NCBI GenBank assembly: GCA_963512175.1
Contig: CAUPLI010000012.1
Location: 18,522 to 82,521, forward strand
Source of the DNA: an uncultured Hylemonella sp.
GTDB lineage: Bacteria; Pseudomonadota; Gammaproteobacteria; Burkholderiales; Burkholderiaceae_C
Direction of reading: 5' to 3'
DNA length: 64,000 nucleotides
The notes under the pieces are model-generated. The model worked only from the letters and a program-made list of their open reading frames with translations, searched no databases and was not told the DNA's origin. The translations under genes and the position numbers were made by a program. Below, piece after piece: positions 41,843-54,239 of the stretch (position 1 is the stretch's first letter; each line of letters starts with the position of its first letter).

Positions 41843-43708
41843 ATGCGCAGCACACGGCATCTCCCGCTCCTGCTGCTGGCAGGTCTGCTCCTGGCGGCGT
41901 CTCACGCCAGCGCGAAATCCCCCGCTCCGTCCAGCGGCGTCCCAGCCCAACCCGAAGCTGCCAGCGGCCGGCAGGCAAAAACCGGCTGGGCCAGCAAGAA
42001 GTTTGCGGTCGCGGCGGCGCACCCGCTGGCGGTCGACGCGGGTTACCAGATCCTCAAGGCCGGTGGCAGCGCCTTGGACGCTGCGGTGGCCGTGCAGATG
42101 GTGCTGACCCTGGTCGAACCCCAGTCCAGCGGCATCGGCGGTGGCGCCTTCATGCTGCACCACGACGGCCAGCTCACCGAGGCCTACGACGGCCGCGAGA
42201 CCGCCCCCTCGGACGCCGATGAAGACCTTTTCCTGGACGCGCAGCGCCAGCCCCTGAGCTTCCAGGCCGCGGCCGTGGGTGGGCGCGCGGTCGGCACACC
42301 CGGCGTCCTGCACATGCTGGAGCTGGCCCACCGCCAGCATGGTCGCCTGCCCTGGCGCCAGCTCTTCGAACCCGCCATTGCCCTGGCCGAAGAAGGCTTT
42401 CCGGTCGGCCCACGCCTGCATGCCCTGCTCTCCGACGCTGCGGCCCTGCGGCAGGACCCGGTCGCCGCGACGTATTTCTTCGACACGACCGGCCAGCCCT
42501 GGCCGGTCGGCCATCGCCTGAAGAACCCCGAACTGGCCGCGATACTGCGTCGTATCGCCGCAGAGGGGGTGCGCGCCTTCTACGAGGGTGAGATGGCCGA
42601 GGCCATGGTGCGCAAGGTGCGCGAACACCCGGCCAATCCGGGGCGTCTCACGCTAGCCGACCTGGCCGATTACGAGGCCACGGTACGCGCCCCCCTGTGC
42701 TTTGTGCACAGTGCACGCCCCGTGCATCCCAAGGGCGCACGCCAGCGCGACGTCCGCATCTGCGGCATGCCCCCGCCCAGCTCGGGCACCCTGGCCATGG
42801 GGCAGATCCTGGGCCTGCTGGCCCACACGCCCGCTTCCAGATTCCAGCTGCAACGCAGCCCCTCGGGCCCGGTCCCCGGGCCCGACTGGCTGCACCTCTA
42901 CGCAGAAGCCTCGCGCCTGGCCTTTGCCGACCGCGCCGTCTACGTGGCTGATCCGGATTACGTGCCGCCGCCGGGCAACAGCTGGATGAGCCTGCTCGAC
43001 GACGACTACCTGGCACAGCGTGCCAAGCTGATCGGCAGCGGCCCGCGGGCCCGCCGCATGCCCGAGGCACCCGCGGGCATTCCCGCCGGCGTCCAGCAAA
43101 GCCTGGGGCCCATGCCCGAGCAGGCCGAATACGGCACCTCGCACATCAGCATCGTCGATGGTCAGGGGCGGGCCCTGGCCATGACCAGCAGCATCGAAGC
43201 CGCCTGGGGCGCCCACCTCATGGTCAACCGTGGCCAGGGACTGGCCGGGGGCTTTCTGCTCAACAACCAGCTGACCGACTTCAGCTTCGTTCCGCGCAGC
43301 GAATCCGGCGCCCCCATCGCCAACCGCGTCGAGCCGCGCAAGCGGCCACGCTCGTCCATGACCCCGGTGCTGGTGTTCGACCGGCCCCGCGGCGACTTCC
43401 TGCTCAGCGGCGGCAGCCCTGGGGGTGCCTACATCATCCATTACACGAGCAAGCTGCTCTATGGCGTCTTGCACTGGGGGCTGGATGTGCAGCAGGCCAT
43501 TACCCTGCCCAACTTCGCGGCCTTTGGCGGTCCGGTCCTGATGGAGGAGCAGCGTTTCCCCCAGAGCACGGCAGCAGCCCTGCGCCAGCGTGGCCATCGC
43601 GTGCAGGAGCAGCCCCTGACCAGCGGGCTGCAGGCCATCCAGGTGCGCGGCAAGGGCTTGTACGGCGGCGCCGACCCACGGCGCGAGGGCGTGGTCAAGG
43701 GCGACTGA
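41843..43708 (+). CDS. ggt: Gamma-glutamyltransferase
   Basis: Signal peptide MRSTRHLPLLLLAGLLLAASHASA; GGSALDAAVA; autoprocessing/nucleophile site YGTSHISIVD; SGGSPGG. Confidence 0.93.
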   Translation: MRSTRHLPLLLLAGLLLAASHASAKSPAPSSGVPAQPEAASGRQAKTGWASKKFAVAAAHPLAVDAGYQILKAGGSALDAAVAVQMVLTLVEPQSSGIGGGAFMLHHDGQLTEAYDGRETAPSDADEDLFLDAQRQPLSFQAAAVGGRAVGTPGVLHMLELAHRQHGRLPWRQLFEPAIALAEEGFPVGPRLHALLSDAAALRQDPVAATYFFDTTGQPWPVGHRLKNPELAAILRRIAAEGVRAFYEGEMAEAMVRKVREHPANPGRLTLADLADYEATVRAPLCFVHSARPVHPKGARQRDVRICGMPPPSSGTLAMGQILGLLAHTPASRFQLQRSPSGPVPGPDWLHLYAEASRLAFADRAVYVADPDYVPPPGNSWMSLLDDDYLAQRAKLIGSGPRARRMPEAPAGIPAGVQQSLGPMPEQAEYGTSHISIVDGQGRALAMTSSIEAAWGAHLMVNRGQGLAGGFLLNNQLTDFSFVPRSESGAPIANRVEPRKRPRSSMTPVLVFDRPRGDFLLSGGSPGGAYIIHYTSKLLYGVLHWGLDVQQAITLPNFAAFGGPVLMEEQRFPQSTAAALRQRGHRVQEQPLTSGLQAIQVRGKGLYGGADPRREGVVKGD

Positions 43709-43736
43709 GCCGCCTCCCTACAATCGAGGCCACACC

Positions 43737-45611
43737 ATGGCCATCCCCCAGTCCTTCATCCAGGAGTTGCTCGCCCGTGCCGACGTCGTCGAGATCGTCG
43801 GCCGCACCGTGCAGCTCAAGAAGGGCGGCGCCAACTTCATGGGCCTGTGCCCCTTCCACGCCGAGAAGTCCCCCTCCTTCACGGTCAGCCCGACCAAGCA
43901 GTTCTATCACTGCTTCGGCTGCGGCAAACATGGCGACGCGATCAACTTCCTGATGGAACAGACCGGCATGAGCTTCATCGAAGCCGTGCGCGACCTGGCC
44001 CAGCATTACGGCCTGCAAGTACCCGAGGACGAAACCAGCCCGCAGGACCGCGCGCGTGCCGCCGAGCAGCGCCAGAAGCAGGCCACGCTGAACGATGTGC
44101 TTGAAAAAGCCGGCGAAGCCTGGCGCAAGCAGCTCAAAAGCTCAGCCAAGGCGGTCGACTACCTCAAGGGCCGCGGCCTGTCCGGCGAAATCGCCAAGCA
44201 GTTCGGCCTGGGTTACGCCCCCGAAGGCTGGCGCAGCCTGGCCAGCGTGTTCCCCCAGTACGACGACCCGCTGCTCGTGGAAAGCGGCCTGGTCATCACC
44301 AATGCCGACGACAACAGCGGCGAGGAAAAGCGCTATGACCGCTTCCGCGACCGCATCATGTTCCCCATCCGCAACGTCAAAGGCGAGTGCATCGGCTTTG
44401 GCGGTCGCGTGCTGGGCGACGAAAAGCCCAAGTACCTGAACTCGCCCGAGACGCCGGTCTTCAGCAAGGGCCATGAGCTCTATGGTCTCTTCGAGGCGCG
44501 CAACGCCATCCGCGACGCGGGCTACGTGCTGGTCACCGAGGGTTACATGGACGTGGTGGCCCTGGCCCAGCTGGGCTTTCCCAATGCCGTGGCCACGCTA
44601 GGCACGGCCTGCACCACTGACCATGTGCAGAAGCTGTTCCGCTTCACCGACTCGGTCGTCTTCAGCTTCGACGGCGACAGCGCCGGCCGGCGCGCCGCGC
44701 GCCGCGCGCTGGACGGCGCCCTGCCCTACGCCACCGACGTACGCAGCATCAAGTTCCTGTTCCTGCCGGCCGAGCACGACCCGGACAGCTACATCCGCGA
44801 GAACGGCAAGGAGGCCTTTGCCCGCTGCGTCGGCGAGGCCGTGCCGCTGAGCCGTTTCCTGATCGAAGCCGCCCGCGAGGGCTGCGACCTCTCCAGCGCC
44901 GAGGGCCGGGCCCGCCTGGCCAGCAACGCCAAGCCGCTGTGGAGCCAGCTGCCCGACGGCGCCCTGAAACGGCAGCTGCTCAAGGAGATCGCCGGACACG
45001 TCAAGGTGGAAACCCAGGAACTGCAGGAACTGTGGGGCAGCGCCAAAAGCAGGGAAGGGTCGCCCCCCGCAGACGCGGGCGCCGCACCGCGCCGCGACTA
45101 CCGGCCCGCCCCCCGCAACTCCCGCCGCCTGCCCATCCGCCCGGCCATGGAAGCCGGGGCGAGCAATATCGCACGCCTCGTCTTCCGCAACCCGGGCTTC
45201 TGGGAGCAGCTGACGGCGGCGGACCACGAGGTCCTGTGCCAGCTCGAAGGAACTTTCGGCGACCTGTTCCGCTGGGTCGACAGTCAGGTGCACGAGCATG
45301 GCGCGCAACCCATGGCGGCCCTGCTGGCGGGCATGGGCGGGCAGTCGTTCGAGGCACAGGCGCGCCAGCTCATCGAGTTCGACAATCTGCAACCGCTGGG
45401 GCGCCAGATCGAAGACCCGGAAACGCCGCTGTCGGACCTGCGGGTCGCGGTGACCCGGCTGCACCTGGAAGCGATCGACATGGAGCTCAAGCAGGTCCAG
45501 TCCCTGTCATCGAGCGACGGCACCCGGATCGAGCAGGAAAAACAGCTGATCCAGCAGCAGCTGGCCTACAAGAAGTCGCTGCATGACCTGGGGAAATCCG
45601 TGCGGACATGA
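43737..45611 (+). CDS. dnaG: DNA primase
   Basis: Zinc ribbon CPFHAEKSPSFTVSPTKQFYHCFGCGKHGDAINF and TOPRIM VLVTEGYMDVV. Confidence 0.97.
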   Translation: MAIPQSFIQELLARADVVEIVGRTVQLKKGGANFMGLCPFHAEKSPSFTVSPTKQFYHCFGCGKHGDAINFLMEQTGMSFIEAVRDLAQHYGLQVPEDETSPQDRARAAEQRQKQATLNDVLEKAGEAWRKQLKSSAKAVDYLKGRGLSGEIAKQFGLGYAPEGWRSLASVFPQYDDPLLVESGLVITNADDNSGEEKRYDRFRDRIMFPIRNVKGECIGFGGRVLGDEKPKYLNSPETPVFSKGHELYGLFEARNAIRDAGYVLVTEGYMDVVALAQLGFPNAVATLGTACTTDHVQKLFRFTDSVVFSFDGDSAGRRAARRALDGALPYATDVRSIKFLFLPAEHDPDSYIRENGKEAFARCVGEAVPLSRFLIEAAREGCDLSSAEGRARLASNAKPLWSQLPDGALKRQLLKEIAGHVKVETQELQELWGSAKSREGSPPADAGAAPRRDYRPAPRNSRRLPIRPAMEAGASNIARLVFRNPGFWEQLTAADHEVLCQLEGTFGDLFRWVDSQVHEHGAQPMAALLAGMGGQSFEAQARQLIEFDNLQPLGRQIEDPETPLSDLRVAVTRLHLEAIDMELKQVQSLSSSDGTRIEQEKQLIQQQLAYKKSLHDLGKSVRT

Positions 45612-45631
45612 GCCGCCAGCCCGCCCCGGCA

Positions 45632-45660
45632 TTGAATTTTCGCAATCGCCGGGTATAATC
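45632..45660 (+). promoter_or_regulatory. Near-consensus sigma-70 promoter for rpoD (TTGAAT-17 nt-TATAAT)
   Basis: -35 TTGAAT at 45632-45637, a 17-nt spacer, and -10 TATAAT at 45655-45660. It lies 20 nt after the dnaG stop. The predicted leader is about 210 nt. Confidence 0.65.
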
Positions 45661-45875
45661 CACTCCTGATTTCGGCAAGAGCGACAGCAGCACCTCCGGG
45701 CCAGGCCAACCGTAGCCTCCGCGCGCGACCGGCCACCTTACCGCAAGGACTGCACCCCAAATGTTCGCCCTCCCATCTTGCCTCTGAGGATTTCTCCTCT
45801 GTCCCCCAACCGCGCCGGTTTGTCGGTGCTGTGTTTGTTTCTTTGTGCCAGTTTTTGATGTTTCGAGGTTGATCC

Positions 45876-48290
<2,415 letters not shown>

Positions 48291-48311
48291 GCGGCCAGCC
48301 CGGCCCCTGTG

Positions 48312-48340
48312 AAAGCCCGCCTCGCGCGGGCTTTTTTCTT
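48312..48340 (+). terminator. Rho-independent terminator after rpoD
   Basis: AGCCCGC-CTCGC-GCGGGCT stem (48314-48320/48326-48332), followed by TTTTTCTT. Confidence 0.8.
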
Positions 48341-48447
48341 GTCGCTGCCGATGGGTGCTTGCGGTTATAAAGCAGGGGCGAGGCGGCGATCCGGCAGCCG
48401 AGCAGGACCGGTCTCACGCACCGCCACCAGCACACTAGGAGCAGCCC

Positions 48448-48792
48448 ATGCAGTCTGGCAACGTCATCCCCTTCTATTGGCCCGATTTCGGCAACACCGT
48501 GGCCATCGCCGCGCTGGTGCTGGCCATCGCCGTCTGCGTCTTCGGCCTGTTCAGCGGCGCGCGGGCCAACAAGCTGCGAGTGATCTTTGCTGTCATCCTG
48601 GCGAGCCTGCTAGGCTGGCTGATGATGCCCATGGCCATCCAGGGTGCGGCGGCCGTGGGCTTGGCGGGCACGAAATCTGGGACCATGATCCTGTTCTCGG
48701 TCATGATGCTCTTCGTCGCCTACCTGGCCACGAGCATCTACGAGATCATCACCGTGAGCATTTCGGACGTCGGGCTGGCCTCCAAGAAATGA
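48448..48792 (+). CDS. Small hypothetical membrane protein (3 predicted TM helices)
   Basis: 114 aa. AGGAG lies 7 nt upstream of the ATG. Hydrophobic segments: VAIAALVLAIAVCVFGLF, VIFAVILASLLGWLMMPMAI, MILFSVMMLFVAYLATSIY. I recognise no family. Confidence 0.65.
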   Translation: MQSGNVIPFYWPDFGNTVAIAALVLAIAVCVFGLFSGARANKLRVIFAVILASLLGWLMMPMAIQGAAAVGLAGTKSGTMILFSVMMLFVAYLATSIYEIITVSISDVGLASKK

Positions 48793-48826
48793 TGCCCCCG
48801 GCTCCGGCGCGAGGGCCGGGACCCGT

Positions 48827-51800
48827 TCACTCGTAGACGATGACGGCCTTGCCCTGGTCGGCCTGGGCCATCCAGCCGGCCAGCGCCGCATCACTGGGAT
48901 AGAACTTCGCGTCCTCGCCCAGCTGCAGCTCGGCCGCTGCGCCCAGCCCCGGGCCCTGGCGGCGCAGGGACAGGCGCACGCCCAGGCCGCGCAAGAGTTC
49001 ACCCTGCTCGGTGATTTCCTTCTTGGGCGGATGTTCGGCCACCAGACGCTGCACGTCGGGGGCACGGCCGTTGACCGCCACGCGCAGGTACTTGCCGAAG
49101 CGGCAGCGCGCCGCCTCCAGGCTCCAGACCTGGTTGATGTTGAGCTGCAAACCGCCCGAGAAACGATCCGGCATGACCTTGGCCATGACGATGATGAGCT
49201 CGTCGTCCCTGAGCAGGTTGCGGTTGGCATTCATCAACGCCTCGTCCACGCGGGCGTCGAGCACGGCGGTTTTGTCGTCGAGCTTGAAGAGGGCGAGCTT
49301 GCCGCGCTGGCCGTTGATGACGCGGAAATCAGAAACAATGCCGACCAGCAGCTGCGGCTCACGCGTGTCGATCAGGTCGGCCAGTTCGCGCTTGGCGAAG
49401 CGGCGGACCTCCATGGAGACCTCGTCGAACAAATGACCCGAGAGGTAGAAACCTACGGCGGTCTTTTCGTTCGTGAGCCGCTCTTTCACGCCCCAGGGCA
49501 GGGCTTCCACCAGTTCCGGCTCCTGCGTGCTGGCCCCGTGGCTGTCATCCCCCAGGTCGAAGAGACCGCCCTGGTTGACGTTGGCCGCCGCGGCATTGGC
49601 GAAATCGAAGGCACGGTCTATCGATGCGACCAGCGAAGCGCGGTTGAGCTGCAGGGAGTCGAAAGCGCCGGCCTTGATCAGCGCCTCGACGCTGCGCTTG
49701 TTCAGACGCGTGCGGTCCACGCGCACGCAGAAGTCGTACAGGCTGGTAAAGGGCCCGCCTTCTTCGCGGGCTTTCACGATGGCCTCGACAGCCTGTTCAC
49801 CCGTCCCCTTGACGGCCCCCAGGCCGTAGCGGATGGCCTTGTCGGAAATGGGCTCGAAGCGGTAATGGCCACGGTTGACGTCCGGCGCCTCGAAGCTCAT
49901 GCCCATCTTGAGGGCATCCTCGAACAGCACCTTCAGCTTGTCGGTGTCGTCCATTTCCACGGTCATGTTCGCGCAGAAGAACTCGGCCGTGTAGTGCACC
50001 TTGAGCCAGGCCGTGTGGTAGGCCAGCAGGGAGTAGGCGGCGGCGTGCGACTTGTTGAAGCCGTAGCCCGCGAACTTCTCCATCAGGTCGAAGACCTCGT
50101 CGGCCTTGTCCTGGGGAATGTTGTGGGTCTTGAGCGCGCCGACGCGGAATTTCTCCCGGTGCTCGGCCATCTCCTCGGCCTTCTTCTTGCCCATGGCGCG
50201 GCGCAGCAGATCGGCGCCGCCCAGTGAGTAGCCGCCCAGGATCTGCGCGGTCTGCATCACCTGCTCCTGGTAGACCATGATGCCGTAGGTCTCGGAGAGC
50301 ATCTCGGCCACCGCCGGGTGCGGGTACTCGACTTCTTCTCTCCCATGTTTACGTGCCACGAAACTGGGGATCAGGTCCATGGGGCCCGGGCGGTAGAGGG
50401 CGTTGAGGGCAATCAGGTCTTCCAGGCGCGTGGGTTTGGCGTCGCGCAGCATGCCCTGCATGCCGCGGCTTTCAAACTGGAACACCGCTTCCGTCTTGCC
50501 TTCCTGGAACAGGTGGTAGGTCGGCTTGTCGTTGAGCGGGATGTTCTCGAAAGCGAAATTTTCCTGGCCCGGGTGGCGTGCCATGATGAACTCGCGCGCG
50601 ATCTCCAGGATGGTCAGCGTGGCCAGGCCCAGGAAGTCGAACTTCACCAGGCCCACGGCCTCCACGTCGTCCTTGTCGTACTGGCTGACGGCCGCATCGC
50701 TGCCAGGCTGCTGGTAGAGCGGGCAGAAGTCGGTCAGCTTGCCCGGCGCGATCAGCACGCCGCCGGCGTGCATGCCGACGTTGCGTGTCAGGCCTTCGAG
50801 CTTCTGGGCCAGCGCCAGCAGGGTCTTGACCTCGTCTTCCTTCTCCAGGCGCTCGGCCAGGATGGGCTCGGCCTGGATGGCGTCGGCAATCGTGATGTGC
50901 TGGCCCGGCTTGTTGGGGATGAGCTTGGAGATGCCGTCGCAGAAGGTGTAGCTCATGTCGAGCACACGGCCCACGTCGCGGATGGCGGCGCGCGCGGCCA
51001 TGGTGCCGAAGGTGGCGATCTGGCTCACCGCCTCCTTGCCGTACTTGTCCTTCACGTAGTCGATCACACGGTCGCGGTTGGCCTGGCAGAAGTCGATGTC
51101 GAAGTCCGGCATCGAGACGCGTTCCGGGTTCAGGAAACGCTCGAACAGCAGCTTGTATTCCAGCGGGTCCAGGTCCGTGATCTTGAGCGCATAGGCCACC
51201 AGCGAACCGGCGCCCGAGCCGCGGCCCGGTCCCACCGGGCAGCCGTTGGCCTTGGCCCACTGGATGAAGTCACCCACGATGAGGAAGTAGCCCGGAAAAC
51301 CCATCTTCAGGATGGTGTTGATCTCGAATTCGAGGCGCTCCACGTAGCGCGGCCGTTCGGTTTCGCGCTTGGCTGCGTCCGGGTACAGATGCGCGAGACG
51401 TTCTTCCAGGCCTTCGAAGGAAACCTGGCGGAAGTACTCTTCGATGCTCAGGCCACCGGGGATGGGGAAGTTGGGCAGCTGCGGCTTGCCCAGCACCAGC
51501 GTCAGGTTGCAGCGCTTGGCGATTTCCAGGGTGTTGGCCACGGCACTGGGCAGGTCGGCAAACAGCGCCTGCATCTGCGCGGCGTTCTTGAAGTACTGTT
51601 CGCGTGTGAACTTGCGCACCCGGCGCGGGTTGCCCAGGATCTCGCCTTCGGAAATGCAGACGCGGGCCTCGTGCGCCTCGTAGTCGTCCGGCGTGGCGAA
51701 CTGCACCGGGTGGGTGGCCACCACCGGCAGCTTCATGCGCGCGGCCAGCTGCACGGCAGCGGTCACATGGGCCTCGTCGTCCGGGCGGCCGGCGCGTTGC

Positions 51801-52309
51801 AGTTCCAGGTAATAACGATGCGGGAACACGGTGGACAGCTGCAGCGCCGCCTCATGGGCGCGCTCGGCATCACCTTGCACCAGGGCCTGGCCCACGGCGC
51901 CGGCCTGTGCGCCGGAGAGGGCAATCAGCCCTTCGTGCAACTCCTTGAGCCAGGCCAGCTTGACCACCGCCTGGGCCTTCACCACATTGCCGGTCCAGGC
52001 CCGCGCCAGGATCTCGGAGAGGTTGAGGTACCCCTGCTTGTTCTGCACCAGCAGCAGCAGGCGCGAGGTCGCCAGCGGGTCCTGGCCCAGGCCCTCGAGC
52101 ATGATCTCGACGCCGATCAAGGGCTTGATGCCCTTGCCGCGTGCTTCCTTGTAGAACTTGATGGCCCCGAACAGATTGTTCAGGTCGGTGATGGCCAGCG
52201 CCGGCTGGCCATCCCTGGCTGCAGCCTTGACGATGTCCTCGATACGGACGGTGCCGTCGACGACGGAGAACTCGGTGTGCAGGCGCAGATGGGAAAACAT
52301 GGGATCCAT
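48827..52309 (-). CDS. dnaE: DNA polymerase III alpha subunit
   Basis: PHP domain HLRLHTEFSVVDG; palm/fingers (GRGSGAGSLVAYAL, PDFDIDF); OB fold. ATG at 52309 (MDPMF...), alternatives at 52300 (ATG) and 52324 (TTG). Confidence 0.97.
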   Translation of the reverse strand: MDPMFSHLRLHTEFSVVDGTVRIEDIVKAAARDGQPALAITDLNNLFGAIKFYKEARGKGIKPLIGVEIMLEGLGQDPLATSRLLLLVQNKQGYLNLSEILARAWTGNVVKAQAVVKLAWLKELHEGLIALSGAQAGAVGQALVQGDAERAHEAALQLSTVFPHRYYLELQRAGRPDDEAHVTAAVQLAARMKLPVVATHPVQFATPDDYEAHEARVCISEGEILGNPRRVRKFTREQYFKNAAQMQALFADLPSAVANTLEIAKRCNLTLVLGKPQLPNFPIPGGLSIEEYFRQVSFEGLEERLAHLYPDAAKRETERPRYVERLEFEINTILKMGFPGYFLIVGDFIQWAKANGCPVGPGRGSGAGSLVAYALKITDLDPLEYKLLFERFLNPERVSMPDFDIDFCQANRDRVIDYVKDKYGKEAVSQIATFGTMAARAAIRDVGRVLDMSYTFCDGISKLIPNKPGQHITIADAIQAEPILAERLEKEDEVKTLLALAQKLEGLTRNVGMHAGGVLIAPGKLTDFCPLYQQPGSDAAVSQYDKDDVEAVGLVKFDFLGLATLTILEIAREFIMARHPGQENFAFENIPLNDKPTYHLFQEGKTEAVFQFESRGMQGMLRDAKPTRLEDLIALNALYRPGPMDLIPSFVARKHGREEVEYPHPAVAEMLSETYGIMVYQEQVMQTAQILGGYSLGGADLLRRAMGKKKAEEMAEHREKFRVGALKTHNIPQDKADEVFDLMEKFAGYGFNKSHAAAYSLLAYHTAWLKVHYTAEFFCANMTVEMDDTDKLKVLFEDALKMGMSFEAPDVNRGHYRFEPISDKAIRYGLGAVKGTGEQAVEAIVKAREEGGPFTSLYDFCVRVDRTRLNKRSVEALIKAGAFDSLQLNRASLVASIDRAFDFANAAAANVNQGGLFDLGDDSHGASTQEPELVEALPWGVKERLTNEKTAVGFYLSGHLFDEVSMEVRRFAKRELADLIDTREPQLLVGIVSDFRVINGQRGKLALFKLDDKTAVLDARVDEALMNANRNLLRDDELIIVMAKVMPDRFSGGLQLNINQVWSLEAARCRFGKYLRVAVNGRAPDVQRLVAEHPPKKEITEQGELLRGLGVRLSLRRQGPGLGAAAELQLGEDAKFYPSDAALAGWMAQADQGKAVIVYE

Positions 52310-52371
52310 TGTAGTTTTCCGCAACGCACCGGTTCCCCCTGGAAACCCCTCTCCTCTTTTAAAATCGGACG

Positions 52372-53109
52372 GTGAACGACATCCTCAACATCTCAGCCTA
52401 CAAATTCGTCCCCCTCCCCGACGCCCGGGAACTGCGCGACCGCCTGCACGAGCGGGCCGTCGCCCTGGAACTCAAGGGCACGGTGCTGCTGGCCGAAGAA
52501 GGCATCAACCTCTTCCTCGCGGGGCCGGGCGAAGCCGTGCGCGCGTTCGTGGCGCAACTGCATGAAGATCCACGCCTGTCCGACCTCACGCCGAAGGAAA
52601 GCTGGTCGGCCCGCCAGCCCTTTCGCAAGATGCTGGTCAAGGTCAAGCGCGAGATCATCCGCATGAACCACCCCACCATCCGGCCGGCCCAAGGGCGGGC
52701 GCCGGCCGTGCCGGCCGCCACCGTGCGGCGCTGGCTGGACCAGGGGCATGACGATGCCGGACGCCCGGTGGTGACGCTGGACACGCGCAATGCCTTCGAG
52801 ATCGACCACGGCACGTTCGAAGGCGCCATCGACTGGCGCATCCACAAGTTCTCCGATTTCCCGCAGGCGCTGCAGGATCACCAGGCGGAGCTTCAGGGCA
52901 AGACCGTGGTGAGCTTTTGCACCGGCGGCATACGCTGCGAAAAAGCGGCCATCTTCATGCAGGAGAACGGGCTGGAACACGTCTACCAGCTCGAAGGCGG
53001 CATTCTCAAGTATTTCGAGGAAACCGGCGGCGCGCATTTTCAGGGCGAATGCTTCGTATTCGACGAGCGCGAGGCTCTGGGTGCCGATCTGCGCGCCCGG
53101 CGTGAATAG
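52372..53109 (+). CDS. trhO: Rhodanese-domain tRNA uridine(34) hydroxylase TrhO (YceA/UPF0176)
   Basis: [12 protein letters not shown]...[16 protein letters not shown] and rhodanese active-site loop [14 protein letters not shown] start. Confidence 0.88.
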   Translation: MNDILNISAYKFVPLPDARELRDRLHERAVALELKGTVLLAEEGINLFLAGPGEAVRAFVAQLHEDPRLSDLTPKESWSARQPFRKMLVKVKREIIRMNHPTIRPAQGRAPAVPAATVRRWLDQGHDDAGRPVVTLDTRNAFEIDHGTFEGAIDWRIHKFSDFPQALQDHQAELQGKTVVSFCTGGIRCEKAAIFMQENGLEHVYQLEGGILKYFEETGGAHFQGECFVFDEREALGADLRARRE

Positions 53110-53186
53110 CTCCGGCACGGAACTATTGCCACAAATCGTCCCCTGGGTTCGTCCTGGCCTTTCGTACAGCGGAAAGGTCGATTACG

Positions 53187-54239
53187 ATGTCAGCACACCT
53201 GCCGTGCGGGAGCTCGCCGGCAGGCCACCCCATGCTCGACCAGCGGCCCGCCCCCTCCCCTCCCTCCTGCCAGGCGATCGGCAGGCGCCAGGCTTTGCGG
53301 GCCGTTTCCCTGTTGCCGCTGCTGGGCTCACTCGGTGCCTGCACCCCCCAACGCCCGCTGGTCCTGGCCGGCCGCCCCTGGCCAGGCTACGAACCCATGT
53401 ACCTGGCCCGGAACCTGGGATACCTGCCTGCGCAGGTTGAGCTGAGAGAGCCCCCGTCGCACGACGCCATGATCGATCTGCTCAAGGCGGGGCAGGTCGA
53501 TGGTGTCATGTTGACGCTGGACCAGATCCTGAAACTGCGCGATCAGGGCACGGACCTGACGATCGTGCTCGTCTTCGACATCTCCAAGGGCGCTGACGTG
53601 CTGCTGGTCCGGCCCGGCCTGTCGCGCCTGGCGGCATTGCGAGGCCGTCGCATCGGACTGGTCGACAATGCACTGGGCTACCTGATGCTGTCGATGACCC
53701 TGGAAAAGGCCGGGCTCAGGCCGCAGGATGTCGAGACCCGTCTGATCGACTATGAGGGCCATGATGCGGCCTGGGCCCGCGGCGATGTGGACGCCATCCT
53801 CACCTATGAGCCCATGGCGACCAAGATCAGGAAACTCGGCGCCAGCCCCCTGCTGAGTACACGCGAGCTTCCCGACACGATCTTCGATGTGCTGGCGGTC
53901 CGTCCGGCAGCACTGCTCACCCATGGCGAGCCGCTGCGCGCTGCGCTGCTTGCCCACTTCCGGGCCTTGACCTACCTGCGACAAAACCCCTGGGATTCGG
54001 CCTACCGGATCGCCACCCATCTGGAGATTTCGGCCGAAGAACTGATCACCTCGCTGCGCGGCATGGAGTTGCCGGACCTGATCGGCAACCAGCGCTATCT
54101 CTCGGCGCAGGATGGTGACCTGCAACGCGTCACGAACAAGCTCTCGGCCATCATGCTGCAGGCCGGCATCATCCGCCAGCCCGTGGACTCCAAAATGCTC
54201 TATACCGGCGCCTACCTTCCGGCCAACTCCACCTCATGA
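53187..54239 (+). CDS. Orphan periplasmic solute-binding lipoprotein (NMT1/SsuA/TauA-like)
   Basis: RRQALRAVSLLPLLGSLGAC (twin-Arg-like n-region plus an LGAC lipobox). WPGYEPMYLARNLGYL...GQVDGVMLTLDQ pattern of NMT1-type SBPs. There are no ABC permease or ATPase genes nearby. The start could also be the ATG at 53232. The stop overlaps the next gene (ATGA). Confidence 0.8.
   Translation: MSAHLPCGSSPAGHPMLDQRPAPSPPSCQAIGRRQALRAVSLLPLLGSLGACTPQRPLVLAGRPWPGYEPMYLARNLGYLPAQVELREPPSHDAMIDLLKAGQVDGVMLTLDQILKLRDQGTDLTIVLVFDISKGADVLLVRPGLSRLAALRGRRIGLVDNALGYLMLSMTLEKAGLRPQDVETRLIDYEGHDAAWARGDVDAILTYEPMATKIRKLGASPLLSTRELPDTIFDVLAVRPAALLTHGEPLRAALLAHFRALTYLRQNPWDSAYRIATHLEISAEELITSLRGMELPDLIGNQRYLSAQDGDLQRVTNKLSAIMLQAGIIRQPVDSKMLYTGAYLPANSTS

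Noticed and set aside
45761-45787. Possible 8-codon uORF (MFALPSCL) in the rpoD leader.
   Set aside because: The only Shine-Dalgarno-like sequence (AAGGA) is about 11 nt from the ATG, which is poor spacing. Nothing else distinguishes it from a chance ATG. It is mentioned only as something ribosome profiling could settle.
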